Positions 38,392 to 49,422 of a stretch of 64,000 nt of DNA are shown in pieces (positions within the stretch are counted from its first letter, which is position 1; each line of letters starts with the position of its first letter). The DNA lies in assembly GCA_944392585.1 (NCBI GenBank), contig CALXXA010000028.1, positions 521-64,520 of the forward strand. Direction: 5' to 3'. The notes under the pieces are model-generated. The model saw only the letters and a list, made by a program, of their open reading frames with translations. It was not told the DNA's origin and made no database searches. Source of the stretch: an uncultured Alphaproteobacteria bacterium. GTDB lineage: Bacteria > Pseudomonadota > Alphaproteobacteria > CAAHEQ01 > UBA3637. The position numbers were made by a program, and so were the translations under genes.

Positions 38392-40140
38392 ATGATAAAT
38401 ACAGATATTTCAAAATATATTATTGATTATACCGAAAGGAATAGAAAAGAAAAGTTAATTCATTTAGTTGGGCGAAATGAGGAACTGAACAGATTAACGC
38501 ATATTTTATCGAGAAAATACAGAAATAATCCGTTAATTGTTGGATCTGTCGGGATTGGGAAAACGGCTCTTATCGAAGGACTTGTTTGTTTTTTGGATTC
38601 TGATGTCGCTCCAAAAGGATTAAAAAATAAACACATTGTTGGTGTGGATATTTCTTCTTTGATGTTGGATTGCGAAAATGACACTATATATACTCAAAAA
38701 TTAAAAGCGATTTTCGAACAAATCACGGCTTCTGGAAAACAGAACATTCTTTACATTAAGGATGTTAGTTTTTTAGTTAGGACAAATATAAATCCTGAAA
38801 ATACAGAACCCGCCAAGTTTTTGAAATTAAAGTTATTAGAAGGAACTTTAAATTGTATCGTGGAAACAGATCCTTTCCATTATAGGTCTTTTTTGGAAAA
38901 AGACACGGCGGTTCTTCAAATGTTACAAACAGTATTTCTTGAAGAGCCGACTCTTTCGGAAACGATTGAAATCGTTTCTAATCTTAAGAAAAATTATGAA
39001 GATTTTTACCACGTGATTATTCCTGATGCTTTTGTTGAAGTAGCGGTAAATTTAACACATCGTTATATTAAACAACGATTTTTCCCGGAGAAAGCATTAG
39101 ACTTATTAGATGATGCAGCCAGTCTGTTGCAAATAGAACAAACTATGGGAAAATTTCCTCAAGAAGTAAAAGAGCTCCCCGTAGATTTTGCAAGACAAGT
39201 TGTTTCTTTGTGGACTGGAATTCCTGTCGAAAAAGTAGATACAGAAGATAAAAAACGACTGGCTCATGCAGAAGAGTATCTAAAGAAACGTGTGGTGGGA
39301 CAAGATAATGCCGTTGGAGTCGTTTCCGATGCGTTGCGTCGTTCAAGATCTGGGTTACAAGATCCTAATAGACCTATAGGATCTTTTTTATTTATCGGAG
39401 AAACCGGTATTGGGAAAACAGAGTTAGCTAAATCTTTGGCTGAATTTGTGTTTAGTGATGAGAGTGCTTTATTACGGTTAGATATGTCGGAATATATGGA
39501 AAAAAATTCTGTTTCCCGCTTAATCGGTCCGCCTCCGGGAACACCGGGCTTCGAATTAGGAGGGCTATTAACTGAAAGTGTTCGATTAAAACCATTCCAA
39601 GTCATTTTATTTGATGAAATTGAAAAGGCTCATCCGGATATCTTAACGTTGCTTTTACAAGTTTTAGATGAAGGGCGATTAACAGATAGCAAAGGAATCT
39701 CTGTCGATTTTAAAAATACGATAATTATTATGACCTCAAATGTTGCTTCCAGTATGCCGACTTATCAAAGAATGGGCGTGTTGACACAATATTTTAGACC
39801 TGAGTTTTTAAACCGTATTGACGATGTTGTTACATTTCATCAATTAAAGGAAGAACATTTACATAAGATTATTGATATTCATTTGAATAAATTATTAAAG
39901 CGAGCAGAAGCTGAAGGCTATTATTTAACGGTGGATGATAGAGCTAAACAATGGTTCGTTGATGAGGTCTTTACATCAAAGTTCGGAGTTCGTGCTTTGA
40001 AACGATTGCTGCAGCATCAAATTGAAAATCCATTAGCTTTCTTAATCATGCAGGAAAAAGTCAAACCGGGAACTTATGTATTGGTCTCAATGGATAGCTC
40101 CGGGAAAAAGATACAGCTCTTTGCAAAGAAGAAAAAATGA
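38392..40140 (+). CDS. Clp/Hsp100-like double AAA+ ATPase lacking the N- and M-domains, with degenerate NBD1 Walker B and pore loops
   Basis: 582 aa. Walker A 'GSVGIGKTAL' and 'GETGIGKTELAK'. NBD2 Walker B 'ILFDEIEKAHPD' is intact. The NBD1 Walker B region reads 'ILYIKDVS' (no DE). The pore-2 'GYVG' reads 'GTPGF'. Confidence 0.7.
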   Translation: MINTDISKYIIDYTERNRKEKLIHLVGRNEELNRLTHILSRKYRNNPLIVGSVGIGKTALIEGLVCFLDSDVAPKGLKNKHIVGVDISSLMLDCENDTIYTQKLKAIFEQITASGKQNILYIKDVSFLVRTNINPENTEPAKFLKLKLLEGTLNCIVETDPFHYRSFLEKDTAVLQMLQTVFLEEPTLSETIEIVSNLKKNYEDFYHVIIPDAFVEVAVNLTHRYIKQRFFPEKALDLLDDAASLLQIEQTMGKFPQEVKELPVDFARQVVSLWTGIPVEKVDTEDKKRLAHAEEYLKKRVVGQDNAVGVVSDALRRSRSGLQDPNRPIGSFLFIGETGIGKTELAKSLAEFVFSDESALLRLDMSEYMEKNSVSRLIGPPPGTPGFELGGLLTESVRLKPFQVILFDEIEKAHPDILTLLLQVLDEGRLTDSKGISVDFKNTIIIMTSNVASSMPTYQRMGVLTQYFRPEFLNRIDDVVTFHQLKEEHLHKIIDIHLNKLLKRAEAEGYYLTVDDRAKQWFVDEVFTSKFGVRALKRLLQHQIENPLAFLIMQEKVKPGTYVLVSMDSSGKKIQLFAKKKK

Positions 40141-41135
40141 ACAATTTGACAGAGTTATTATTGGATTGGTACCGTCAAAAAGGAAGAAATCTCCCATGGC
40201 GAGTCAAAGGGGGAGCTCATCAAAACGCTTATTTAGTTTGGGTATCTGAAATTATGCTGCAGCAAACAACCGTTCAAACAGTTTGCAGTTATTTTAATCA
40301 ATGGATACAAAGATTCCCAGATCTAAAAACTTTAGCCGATGCTTCTTTAGATGATGTCTTGCATATGTGGCAAGGATTAGGATATTACACTAGAGCAAAA
40401 AAAATGCATGAATGTGCTAAAATCCTTGTCTCTCAATATAATGGGCATTTCCCTAAAAATCGTGAGGAATTATTAAAGCTGCCGGGAATAGGGCCTTATA
40501 CAGCTTCTAGTATTTGCGCATTTGCTTTTAATCTTCCGGAAACAGTTGTGGATGGAAATGTTGTTCGTGTTATCTCTCGTTTAAAAGGAATAACAACCGA
40601 AGTTGATAAAAAAAATATTTATGAACATGCCAAAAAATTGACTTCTTTCAATCATAGCGCCGATTATGCTTCTGCTATCATGGACTTAGGCGCTACTGTT
40701 TGCAGACCTCAAGCCCCTTTGTGCCAGAGTTGTCCATGGAATCATGCTTGTCAGGCAGTCGCCTTGGGAATCGTAGAGAAAATTCCTCAAATAAAAAAAA
40801 TACAGAAAAAGAAAAAAAACGGAGCCGCTTTCATTATTTATGACTCTCAAAACAGATTATTTATTTTAAAAAGATCTCAAAAAGGATTGCTCTTCGGTCT
40901 ATGGGAATTGCCGTGGACTGATGAAGGTGAAAAAGTTCCGTTCGATGGCTTGTGGATTAAAAAAAATGAAACGGTAAAGCATGTGTTTACACATGTAGAT
41001 TTAACTTTGAACCTTTACGAAACTAAAGTTTCTTGTCTAAACGATTTCTTAGAAAAGGGACTGTTCGTTCAAAAAGATATGTTACATGTATATGCTTTTT
41101 CAACGTTAATGAAAAAAATCTTGAGTAAAATTTAA
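40137..41135 (+). CDS. mutY: A/G-specific adenine glycosylase MutY
   Basis: 332 aa. HhH-GPD 'LPGIGPYTA', 4Fe-4S Cys cluster 'CxxxxxxCxxCxxxxxC', and a C-terminal NUDIX-like domain. Confidence 0.85.
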   Translation: MNNLTELLLDWYRQKGRNLPWRVKGGAHQNAYLVWVSEIMLQQTTVQTVCSYFNQWIQRFPDLKTLADASLDDVLHMWQGLGYYTRAKKMHECAKILVSQYNGHFPKNREELLKLPGIGPYTASSICAFAFNLPETVVDGNVVRVISRLKGITTEVDKKNIYEHAKKLTSFNHSADYASAIMDLGATVCRPQAPLCQSCPWNHACQAVALGIVEKIPQIKKIQKKKKNGAAFIIYDSQNRLFILKRSQKGLLFGLWELPWTDEGEKVPFDGLWIKKNETVKHVFTHVDLTLNLYETKVSCLNDFLEKGLFVQKDMLHVYAFSTLMKKILSKI

Positions 41136-43204
41136 TATGTTCCTTTTAATAAGATAAAACTCCAAGCGGAAACAAGCAAACTCTTCTTTTTAATCGTCGG
41201 ATAATTATTCTCTTTAGAGGTATCTAAAATTATTTTCCACTTTATTTTCTGAGTATGTTCTGGGGTCTTATATTCAATATCTGTGTCCGAAGAATTAAGT
41301 ATTATGTAATAATAGAGCTCTTTTTTTTCATCTTTCACATAAAATGAGAAAGAACGAACATAGCCGTGCCAATCTGTTTCTCCCATTGGGATCCCGTCTG
41401 GTCTTAAAGCGGTAATATGATTCTCTTGATGATTTTCATGTGCGTGAATTAGTAAATTTATTAGCTCCGGATTACTTCCCCTTATATGAATTAATTCTCG
41501 AACAAAATCAAAGAAATCCAAGTGGATTTTTTTTGTAGTATTCCATTGTTTCCAAGATATTTTATTGTCTTGACAATAAGCGTTGTTATTTCCGTTTTGG
41601 GTGTGTAGGTTTTCATCGCCTCCTAGAAGCATGGGAGTCCCGTTGGATAAGAAAAGGGTAGCCAACATGGCTTTTATTCTTTGAATTCGAAAATTTAAAA
41701 TGTCTTGTTTTTTTGTATGGCCTTCGACTCCGCTGTTCCAACTATAATTGGCATCATTTCCATCTCTATTTTGTTCTTTGTTTCCATCATTGTGTTTATA
41801 ATTGTAACTGACTAAATCATAAAGAGTGAAACCATCGTGAGCTGTTATGAAATTAATTTTTTTTAATACAAAATTTTTTCCTTTTTTTTCTCCGATTATA
41901 GGCTTGGTCATATGATAAAACATAGTGTGGGCTTGTCCTAAATCTCCCTTCCAAAAACGGCGAGTCACGTCACGAAATTCTCCATCCCATTCAGAGAAGA
42001 AAGAAGGAAAATTTCCGAGTTGATAGCCGTTAGGACCTAAATCCCAAGGTTCCGAGATTAATTTGACTTTTGATAAAACGGCGTCTTTTTGTAAGACTTT
42101 GAAAAAAGCAGCGTCGGGAGTGTAATTGTTATCTCCATTGCGCCCAAGCGTAACGGCTAAGTCAAAACGAAATCCATCTATATCAAATATCTCTGCCCAA
42201 TAACGCAGAGCCTGAAGCGTTATCTGAAGAGCTGCCGGATGTGATAAGTTAAATGTATTTCCACAGCCTGTATCATCTATGTAATAACGAGCCTCATTCG
42301 GCATTAATCTATAATAAGAAGCGTTATCAATCCCTCTGTAAGAAAGCAAAGGTCCCATATAACCGCCTTCTCCCGTGTGATTGAAAACAACGTCTAATAA
42401 AATCTCTATTCCGGCGCTGTGATAAGCTTGGACCATTGTTTTTATTTCTTGAAGATTCCTTGAAGATAAATAGCTTGTATGAGGGGCCATAAAACAAACA
42501 GGATCGTATCCCCAGTAATTTGTCATTCCCAAATTTAATAAATGTTCTGATGTGTTAAAAGCTGCAATCGGTAAAAGCTCTATGGTCGTAACGCCGAGAG
42601 TCTTTAGATAATGAAGTGTGGAAGGATGTGATAAACCGGCAAAAGTCCCGCGGACTCGTTTCGGCAGATTAGGATTTTTAATCGTTAATCCTTTAACATG
42701 AGTTTCATAAATAATAGTCTTTTCATAAGGAATAAAAGGTTTCGTACTTTTAGGTTGTTTGTAATCGGTTTCATTGACAACGATACATTTGGGTGTGAAT
42801 GGAGCACTATCGGATTTACTAAATGAAAATTCTCTTTTTTTATGACCGATTATGTAGGGAAGTTGAGTCCCATGAAATAAAATAGGACCTGTTATTTGTT
42901 TTGCAGCTGGATCTAACAAAAGTTTGTGCCCGTTAAATAAATGACCGTTTATCGGATCATAAGGACCATAAACTCGATATCCATATAGTTGACCGGCCTT
43001 GATATTATGTACGAAAACATGCCATATATCTTCGGTACGGTTCATTGAAATGTGATGTGTTTCATATCCCCATGAATTAAAGAAACATAAAACAACTTTT
43101 TCGGCATGATGAGAGTAAAGTGAAAAATTCACACCTTTGTCATGAATAGAAGCTCCTAATGGAGAAGGGAAGCCGATGTCTGTTTTTAATTTTTGAGAAA
43201 ACAT
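41132..43204 (-). CDS. glgX: Glycogen debranching enzyme GlgX
   Basis: 690 aa. GH13 catalytic regions 'GFRFDLA' and 'SEPWD'. Confidence 0.85.
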   Translation of the reverse strand: MFSQKLKTDIGFPSPLGASIHDKGVNFSLYSHHAEKVVLCFFNSWGYETHHISMNRTEDIWHVFVHNIKAGQLYGYRVYGPYDPINGHLFNGHKLLLDPAAKQITGPILFHGTQLPYIIGHKKREFSFSKSDSAPFTPKCIVVNETDYKQPKSTKPFIPYEKTIIYETHVKGLTIKNPNLPKRVRGTFAGLSHPSTLHYLKTLGVTTIELLPIAAFNTSEHLLNLGMTNYWGYDPVCFMAPHTSYLSSRNLQEIKTMVQAYHSAGIEILLDVVFNHTGEGGYMGPLLSYRGIDNASYYRLMPNEARYYIDDTGCGNTFNLSHPAALQITLQALRYWAEIFDIDGFRFDLAVTLGRNGDNNYTPDAAFFKVLQKDAVLSKVKLISEPWDLGPNGYQLGNFPSFFSEWDGEFRDVTRRFWKGDLGQAHTMFYHMTKPIIGEKKGKNFVLKKINFITAHDGFTLYDLVSYNYKHNDGNKEQNRDGNDANYSWNSGVEGHTKKQDILNFRIQRIKAMLATLFLSNGTPMLLGGDENLHTQNGNNNAYCQDNKISWKQWNTTKKIHLDFFDFVRELIHIRGSNPELINLLIHAHENHQENHITALRPDGIPMGETDWHGYVRSFSFYVKDEKKELYYYIILNSSDTDIEYKTPEHTQKIKWKIILDTSKENNYPTIKKKSLLVSAWSFILLKGTY

Positions 43205-43212
43205 CTCATATC

Positions 43213-45423
43213 CTATTCTTTTTTCTTTTTAAGAAGAATTGTTCCTAATGGAGGCAATGTTAAATCTAAAGCATACTTTTTAAAATTCCATCCAGGTTCT
43301 TTCGTTTTAAGATCTCCTTTGTTTAGTACATTGCTCCCGCCGTATTTAGTATGATCTGAATTAAAAATTTCTTCATAAGTTCCTTCAATGTTTATTCCGA
43401 CTTGATAATGATAAAGTACGGACGGTGTTAGATTACAAACGACAATAATAAAGTCTTCCGGATTTTTTGCTTTTCTAATATAGCTGATAACACTATGTTC
43501 AACATCGGATCCGTCAATCCATTCAAAGCCGGTTTCGTCAAAGTCAATTTCATGGAGCGCTGCTTGAGTCTTATGTAGATGATTTAGATCTTTGACAAGA
43601 TGTTGGATCCCTTTGTGTTCGGGATATTGTAATAAATGCCATCCTAGGCTTTGATCGTACTTCCATTCCCAGCCTTGAGCGAATTCATCTCCCATAAACA
43701 GAAGTTTTTTGCCGGGATGTGTGTACATAAAAGTATAATAAGCTCTTAAGTTAGCAAATTTTTGCCATCTGTCTCCCGGCATTTTGTCAATTAAAGGTCC
43801 TTTCCCGTGGACGACCTCATCATGAGATAATGGTAAAATAAAATTTTCCGTGAAAGCATACATGAAACTAAATGTCATTTCACTTTGATGATACTTACGG
43901 TAAATAGGATCTCTGTGCATGTACTGCAGAGAATCATTCATCCACCCCATATTCCATTTGAATGAAAAACCAAGCCCTCCAAGGTATGTCGGGCGAGAAA
44001 CCATAGGCCATGCGGTTGATTCTTCCGCAAATGTCATAGCACCACATTGTTCTGCATAAATCCATTCATTTAAGCGCCTTAAAAAATAAATAGCTTCTAT
44101 ATTTTCATGTCCGCCATATTTATTGGGGAGCCATTCTCCGTTTTTCCTCCCATAATCTAAATAGAGCATCGAAGCAACGGCATCTACACGTAATCCGTCA
44201 ATATGATATTCTTTTATCCAAAATAATGCGTTGGATAAGAGAAAATTAGAAACTTCATTGCGTCCATAGTTGTAAATTTTAGTCCCCCATTCCTTTTGCT
44301 CTCCTTTACGAGAATCCGCATGTTCGTAAAGAGCCGTCCCATCGAAATAGGATAATCCGTAATCATCTTTAGGGAAATGAGCCGGGACCCAATCCATGAT
44401 GACTCCTATATGAGCCTGATGAAGACAATCAATAAGAAACTTAAAATCATCAGGGCTTCCATACCTTGAGGTCGGAGCATAAAGACCGAGTGTTTGATAT
44501 CCCCAAGAACCATCAAAAGGATGCTCTGATATAGGTAAAAATTCTACATGGGTAAAACCCATTTCTTTAACGTACTCTGGGAGCTCTTTCGCAAGTTCTC
44601 TATATGTTAAAAATCTATTGTTCTCCAGTGAATTGCGCCGCCATGACCCTAAATGAACCTCATATATTGATAAAGGCTTATGAAAAGGATTGGTCTCTGT
44701 TTTCCGTCTTTCCATCCATGAGGTGTCTCGCCAAACATAACGATTGGGATTGTAAACAATAGAGGCTGTGTTCGGACGTAATTCACAAAAAAAACCAACT
44801 GGATCGGATTTTAAAGGAAGAACTTGATTCTTTGAGTTTAATATCTCGTATTTGTAATATTCCCCTTCTTTTAACTCTGGAATGAAAAGCTCCCATATCC
44901 CGCTGGATTCTCTGCGGCGCATCATATGGCGACGACCATCCCAGGTGTTAAAATTTCCTATGACGCTGACTCTTTTCGCATTCGGAGCCCAAACAGCAAA
45001 AAAAACACCATTAATTCCATCCAGCGTCATTAAATGCGAACCTAATTTATGATAGAGATTTTTATGTGTCCCTTCATTTACTAAATGTAAGTCAAAATCA
45101 CTTAATACCGGAGGAAACCTATAAACATCATAAGTGGTGTAAGAAGAACCGTCTCCGAATAAAACACGCAATTTATATCTGAAAAAATTTTTTTCTTCCG
45201 GTAAGTCTAACTGAAATAACCCGTAATCATGAATGCGCTGCATTCGTCCTATTTCTGTTTTCTCATCCTCACTGACGACTAGTACGTCTAACGCTTGGGG
45301 ATAACAGACACGAATAAAAAGTCCTCCTCGATCTGATTCATGCATGCCTAAAATATCAAAAGGATTCGAAATCCCATAAGTCATTATGTGGTGCATGTGT
45401 TGTGATGATAAAGTACTTTTCAT
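43213..45423 (-). CDS. glgB: 1,4-alpha-glucan branching enzyme GlgB
   Basis: 736 aa. GH13 '[10 protein letters not shown]' and 'FAEESTAWP'. Confidence 0.9.
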   Translation of the reverse strand: MKSTLSSQHMHHIMTYGISNPFDILGMHESDRGGLFIRVCYPQALDVLVVSEDEKTEIGRMQRIHDYGLFQLDLPEEKNFFRYKLRVLFGDGSSYTTYDVYRFPPVLSDFDLHLVNEGTHKNLYHKLGSHLMTLDGINGVFFAVWAPNAKRVSVIGNFNTWDGRRHMMRRRESSGIWELFIPELKEGEYYKYEILNSKNQVLPLKSDPVGFFCELRPNTASIVYNPNRYVWRDTSWMERRKTETNPFHKPLSIYEVHLGSWRRNSLENNRFLTYRELAKELPEYVKEMGFTHVEFLPISEHPFDGSWGYQTLGLYAPTSRYGSPDDFKFLIDCLHQAHIGVIMDWVPAHFPKDDYGLSYFDGTALYEHADSRKGEQKEWGTKIYNYGRNEVSNFLLSNALFWIKEYHIDGLRVDAVASMLYLDYGRKNGEWLPNKYGGHENIEAIYFLRRLNEWIYAEQCGAMTFAEESTAWPMVSRPTYLGGLGFSFKWNMGWMNDSLQYMHRDPIYRKYHQSEMTFSFMYAFTENFILPLSHDEVVHGKGPLIDKMPGDRWQKFANLRAYYTFMYTHPGKKLLFMGDEFAQGWEWKYDQSLGWHLLQYPEHKGIQHLVKDLNHLHKTQAALHEIDFDETGFEWIDGSDVEHSVISYIRKAKNPEDFIIVVCNLTPSVLYHYQVGINIEGTYEEIFNSDHTKYGGSNVLNKGDLKTKEPGWNFKKYALDLTLPPLGTILLKKKKE

Positions 45424-45605
45424 GCGATTCTCCCCGGGTTATTTTTTCCTTATATCATCCTTCCATCGGAAAAGAAAGAGAAAAGTCATCGCTTTATGAA
45501 ATAGGAAAGTATTTTTTGCTGAAACTTGTTTAAATTTTTCTTTTCTTTTTTTTAAAATATGATTATAGTGTGCTTATTTGTTAAAATTTTATTAAGAGGT
45601 TTTGA

Positions 45606-45977
45606 ATGTTTATTACATCTGCAATGGCCCAGGTGGCGAATCAACCAGAAGCGCAGGAAGCTGTTAATTCTTTTTCGGGAATGCGGACTTTTATTCAATT
45701 AGCGTTAATTTTTATTATTTTTTATTTGTTTTTAATTCGCCCACAGCAAAAGCGAGTCAAAGAGCATGAGAAAATTCTTAATGCGATAGAAAAAGGAACT
45801 CAAGTCGTTTTCGGTGGTATAATCGGGAAAGTTGTTCAAATCTTAAATGAACAGGAGCTTTTGGTTGAAATTTCTACAGGAGTTCAAATTAAAGTTCTAA
45901 GGTCTCACGTCTCGCAAGTTATTCGTGAAATGGAAGTTACAGATAAATCAAAAAAACAACAATTAGAAAAGGAATAA
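45606..45977 (+). CDS. yajC: Preprotein translocase subunit YajC
   Basis: 123 aa. TM plus 'QKRVKEHEKILNAIEKGTQVVFGGIIGKV'. Confidence 0.85.
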   Translation: MFITSAMAQVANQPEAQEAVNSFSGMRTFIQLALIFIIFYLFLIRPQQKRVKEHEKILNAIEKGTQVVFGGIIGKVVQILNEQELLVEISTGVQIKVLRSHVSQVIREMEVTDKSKKQQLEKE

Positions 45978-45980
45978 AAA

Positions 45981-47540
45981 ATGTTTGGTTACCCAAAATG
46001 GCGCGCATGGACGGTCATTCTTGTTTCTGTTTTCGGGATTATTTTTAGTGTTCCTAATTTTCTGCCTAAGGTTGTCTATGAGAAAATTCCGGCATCTATT
46101 CAAGAATGGTGGCACCCTATGACGTTAGGTCTGGACTTACAAGGGGGATCCAGTTTGTTAATGGAAGTCCAGATAAATGATCTGGTCCAAGAACGTTTAA
46201 ACGGATTGATGGATGCTACTCGATCCGGATTGCGTGAAAAACGGATTAAATTCACGGGATTGAGTGTTCAAGATGGTGTTATGTCCGTTAAGATTTTAGA
46301 CAATTCCGAATTATATACAGCCAAAAATCTTATTCAGGAACAAGAAAAAAATGCGTATAATGTGGACATAGATGAAAATGTTTTGCGTGTTTCTTATAAC
46401 GAGGAAGCTTTAACCTCTTTGAAAGTAAAAGCGATCGAACAATCTATAGAAATTGTCCGTCGTAGAATTGATGAACTGGGGACAAAAGAACCGTCTATTC
46501 AACAACAAGGAGAGGACAGAATCCTTTTACAGTTACCGGGAGTTCAAAATCCGACAGAAGTGAAGGCTCTGTTAGGGAAAACGGCTAAGATGACTTTTCA
46601 CTTGGTGGATGAAGAAACATCTGTTCAAGACGCTCAAAGAGGAAAAATTTCTTCGGATTCTATGCTTGTCTCGGGTGATGAAACAATTGTTTTAAAAAGA
46701 GCTGTCGCTGTCGGAGGAGATAGACTAACAAATGCATCTGTAGGGTATGGAGAAAGAAATGAACCTGTGGTGAACTTTTCTTTTGACAGCGTAGGAGCAA
46801 AGGCTTTTGCAAAGGTGACGCGTGAAAATGTCGGCAGGCGCATGGCTATTGTCTTAGACAACGAGATTATTTCTGCACCGGTTATTAATTCTCCCATAAC
46901 AGGTGGAAGTGGAATTATTTCTGGAAGTTTTACTCTTGAGTCCGCGGAAAATTTAGCGATGATGCTTCGTTCTGGAGCTTTACCGGCTCCGTTAGAAGTT
47001 ATTGAAGAACGTGTTGTCGGGGCAGGATTGGGAACCGACTCAATTCAAGCCGGAGCTATGGCGTGTATTATCGGTTCTATTGCTGTTTTTATCTTTATGG
47101 TTGCTGTTTATGGAAAATTCGGAATGTTTGCTAATGTCGCTCTTGTGATTAACGTTTTTTTATTAGTTGCTTTGTTAAGTGTTTTAAACGCAACATTAAC
47201 TTTACCGGGATTAGCGGGAATTGCGTTGACTATAGGAATGGCCGTCGATAGTAATGTACTGATTTATGCACGGATGCGAGATGAAGCAAGATTAGGTCGT
47301 GCTCCTTTGCAGATCATTAACGCGGGATTCGAGAACTCGTTCTCGGCTATTTTTGATGCTCAGATCACAACTCTTTTCGCAGCGGTTGTTTTGTTCTTTA
47401 TGGGATCCGGTCCTGTTAAAGGATTTAGTGTCACCCTAGGTATCGGGGTTGTTACTTCTTTATTCACAGCGGTAATGATTACAAAATTCCTGATTATGGT
47501 TTGGTATACTGTGAGAAAACCTAAATCTATTCAAATATAG
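45981..47540 (+). CDS. secD: Protein translocase subunit SecD
   Basis: 519 aa. yajC-secD-secF order. C-terminal 6-TM region. Confidence 0.9.
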   Translation: MFGYPKWRAWTVILVSVFGIIFSVPNFLPKVVYEKIPASIQEWWHPMTLGLDLQGGSSLLMEVQINDLVQERLNGLMDATRSGLREKRIKFTGLSVQDGVMSVKILDNSELYTAKNLIQEQEKNAYNVDIDENVLRVSYNEEALTSLKVKAIEQSIEIVRRRIDELGTKEPSIQQQGEDRILLQLPGVQNPTEVKALLGKTAKMTFHLVDEETSVQDAQRGKISSDSMLVSGDETIVLKRAVAVGGDRLTNASVGYGERNEPVVNFSFDSVGAKAFAKVTRENVGRRMAIVLDNEIISAPVINSPITGGSGIISGSFTLESAENLAMMLRSGALPAPLEVIEERVVGAGLGTDSIQAGAMACIIGSIAVFIFMVAVYGKFGMFANVALVINVFLLVALLSVLNATLTLPGLAGIALTIGMAVDSNVLIYARMRDEARLGRAPLQIINAGFENSFSAIFDAQITTLFAAVVLFFMGSGPVKGFSVTLGIGVVTSLFTAVMITKFLIMVWYTVRKPKSIQI

Positions 47541-47551
47541 GATGCTAGAAA

Positions 47552-48526
47552 ATGATAAATATTATAAAGTTTATGGAACCTTCTAAGAAAATTAATTTTA
47601 TTGCTCAAAGCAAATATGCTTTTATTGTGTCTTTAATCTTAATTGTTGCTACTTTCTTTTCATTAACTTTTAAAGGGTTGAATTACGGAATTGATTTCCA
47701 AGGAGGAATCTTAATAGAAATCGAATCTCCCGAGGTTATTGACATGTCTGATATGCGTTCTCAAATTTCAAAAATGAATTTAGACGAAGTAAATTTACAA
47801 TCTTTAGGAACTTCTGGAACAGAAATGATGGTGCATGTTTTAGTCGATACGGCTGACGAAAAAGCTCAAAACGAGATTGTTAATCAGCTGAAAGAGACAC
47901 TGGGAGAAAATGTTGATTATCGTCGAATCGAAGTTGTTGGACCGAAAGTCGGAGCGGAGCTTTTTAAAAAGAGTATTATTGCTTCTATTTGTGCGTTGTT
48001 GGCTATTTCCGTTTATATTTGGTTTAGATTTGAATGGCAATTTTCTTTAGCGTGTTTAATCGCTTTGGCGCATGATTTGATTTTAACCGTTGGATTGTTC
48101 TCTGTTTTTGGGTTTGATTTTAATATGACGGTTATTGCCGGTCTGTTATCTTTAGCCGGGTATACGACAAATGATAAAGTGGTCAACTTTGATAGAGTTC
48201 GTGAAAACTTAAGATTATATCGTAAGATGCCTATTCCTGAATTGTTAGATAAAAGTATGAATCAAACGTTATCGCGGACGATTTTAACGTCTATGACGAC
48301 GATTTTAGTGTTAATTATTTTACTTGCGATGGGGGGCGAGACTTTGTCAGGTTTCTCTATCTGTTTATTATTTGGGATTATTGTCGGTACATATTCCTCT
48401 TTGTATATCGCTGTTCCTTTACTGCAATTTTTTGACATTCGTAATGTAGGTGCGAAAGCCGATGAAAACGGACCTTATGCCGAGGCCGCCAAATATGAGC
48501 TTCAAGCAAAAAAGATGAATAAATAA
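47552..48526 (+). CDS. secF: Protein translocase subunit SecF
   Basis: 324 aa. Confidence 0.9.
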   Translation: MINIIKFMEPSKKINFIAQSKYAFIVSLILIVATFFSLTFKGLNYGIDFQGGILIEIESPEVIDMSDMRSQISKMNLDEVNLQSLGTSGTEMMVHVLVDTADEKAQNEIVNQLKETLGENVDYRRIEVVGPKVGAELFKKSIIASICALLAISVYIWFRFEWQFSLACLIALAHDLILTVGLFSVFGFDFNMTVIAGLLSLAGYTTNDKVVNFDRVRENLRLYRKMPIPELLDKSMNQTLSRTILTSMTTILVLIILLAMGGETLSGFSICLLFGIIVGTYSSLYIAVPLLQFFDIRNVGAKADENGPYAEAAKYELQAKKMNK

Positions 48527-48533
48527 TCTAAAA

Positions 48534-48568
48534 AGAAAGCGCTTTGAAATAAGCGCTTTCTTTGTTCG
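48534..48568. terminator. Strong palindromic terminator after secF
   Basis: 12-bp perfect stem aagaaagcgctt-tgaaat-aagcgctttctt followed by 'tgtt'. Confidence 0.6.
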
Positions 48569-48910
48569 AACATAGTACCTCTGTAAAATAAAAATCTATG
48601 CTTCTTTCCCAGGCTGTGCAGTTTGGGAAGATTAATGAAGTTTAAAAGAGTTCATGTCCCGTACGGATGTCGGTAGAGACTAATCAAATAAATTTAAATA
48701 ATTCTTTATCTTAAGGAAACAGAACTTAATTGTGTCCGTGTTTTTGTAAAAAGTGTCTTAAAAGCATTTCTTTAAGAAATAAAAAAATTTTCTTTTTGTC
48801 TCTTAAGACAATTTTTTTGTCATAAAAAAAAAGAATTTTTTCTTTTTTTTTTAATAAAAATAAGGTATTCTACAAAAATAATATGAATATTTTTATAAGG
48901 TAAATGTTAA

Positions 48911-49228
48911 ATGACCGAAGTGATTGTTGAACCAAATGGTGAGTATGATATTCTTCAAAATGAACGTCATGAGGTTTTAATGGTTATTCGTGCTCGAATG
49001 GGCGGGATTGATGCTCCTCGGATCTTGTATGATGGACAAGATAAGATTTTATTTTATCGTAATAAAAATCAAACAATTGTTTTTAATCAAATTATTCCGA
49101 ATGTCGCAACTGCAATTATGCAGGCGGATGAGGTGTTGTTCGTTGAAGTTCAGGATGAGGCAATTGTACGGGAATACAAGGTCCCTTTACAAAAGGTACC
49201 GCGTATCCCTGCCATAAAAAAAGATTAA
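48911..49228 (+). CDS. Hypothetical protein (105 aa)
   Basis: Clean ORF after a long AT-rich, A/T-tract-rich region. No recognisable motif. Confidence 0.4.
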   Translation: MTEVIVEPNGEYDILQNERHEVLMVIRARMGGIDAPRILYDGQDKILFYRNKNQTIVFNQIIPNVATAIMQADEVLFVEVQDEAIVREYKVPLQKVPRIPAIKKD

Positions 49229-49422
49229 AACATTTTATAATATTAATGTAATGTTTAAGCCTTTCTCATATCGATGGGTGCTTGTTTCTTTTAGGGTTTT
49301 TTTAGGGTAGGCATCTTATTTGGAATAGAGGTTTTAAAATAAATTTAAATCTCGAAAAAAGAATTCTTATAGATGCTGATGCGTTTGAAAGAATGATATA
49401 CAAGACTGAGAAAATCTTTCCT

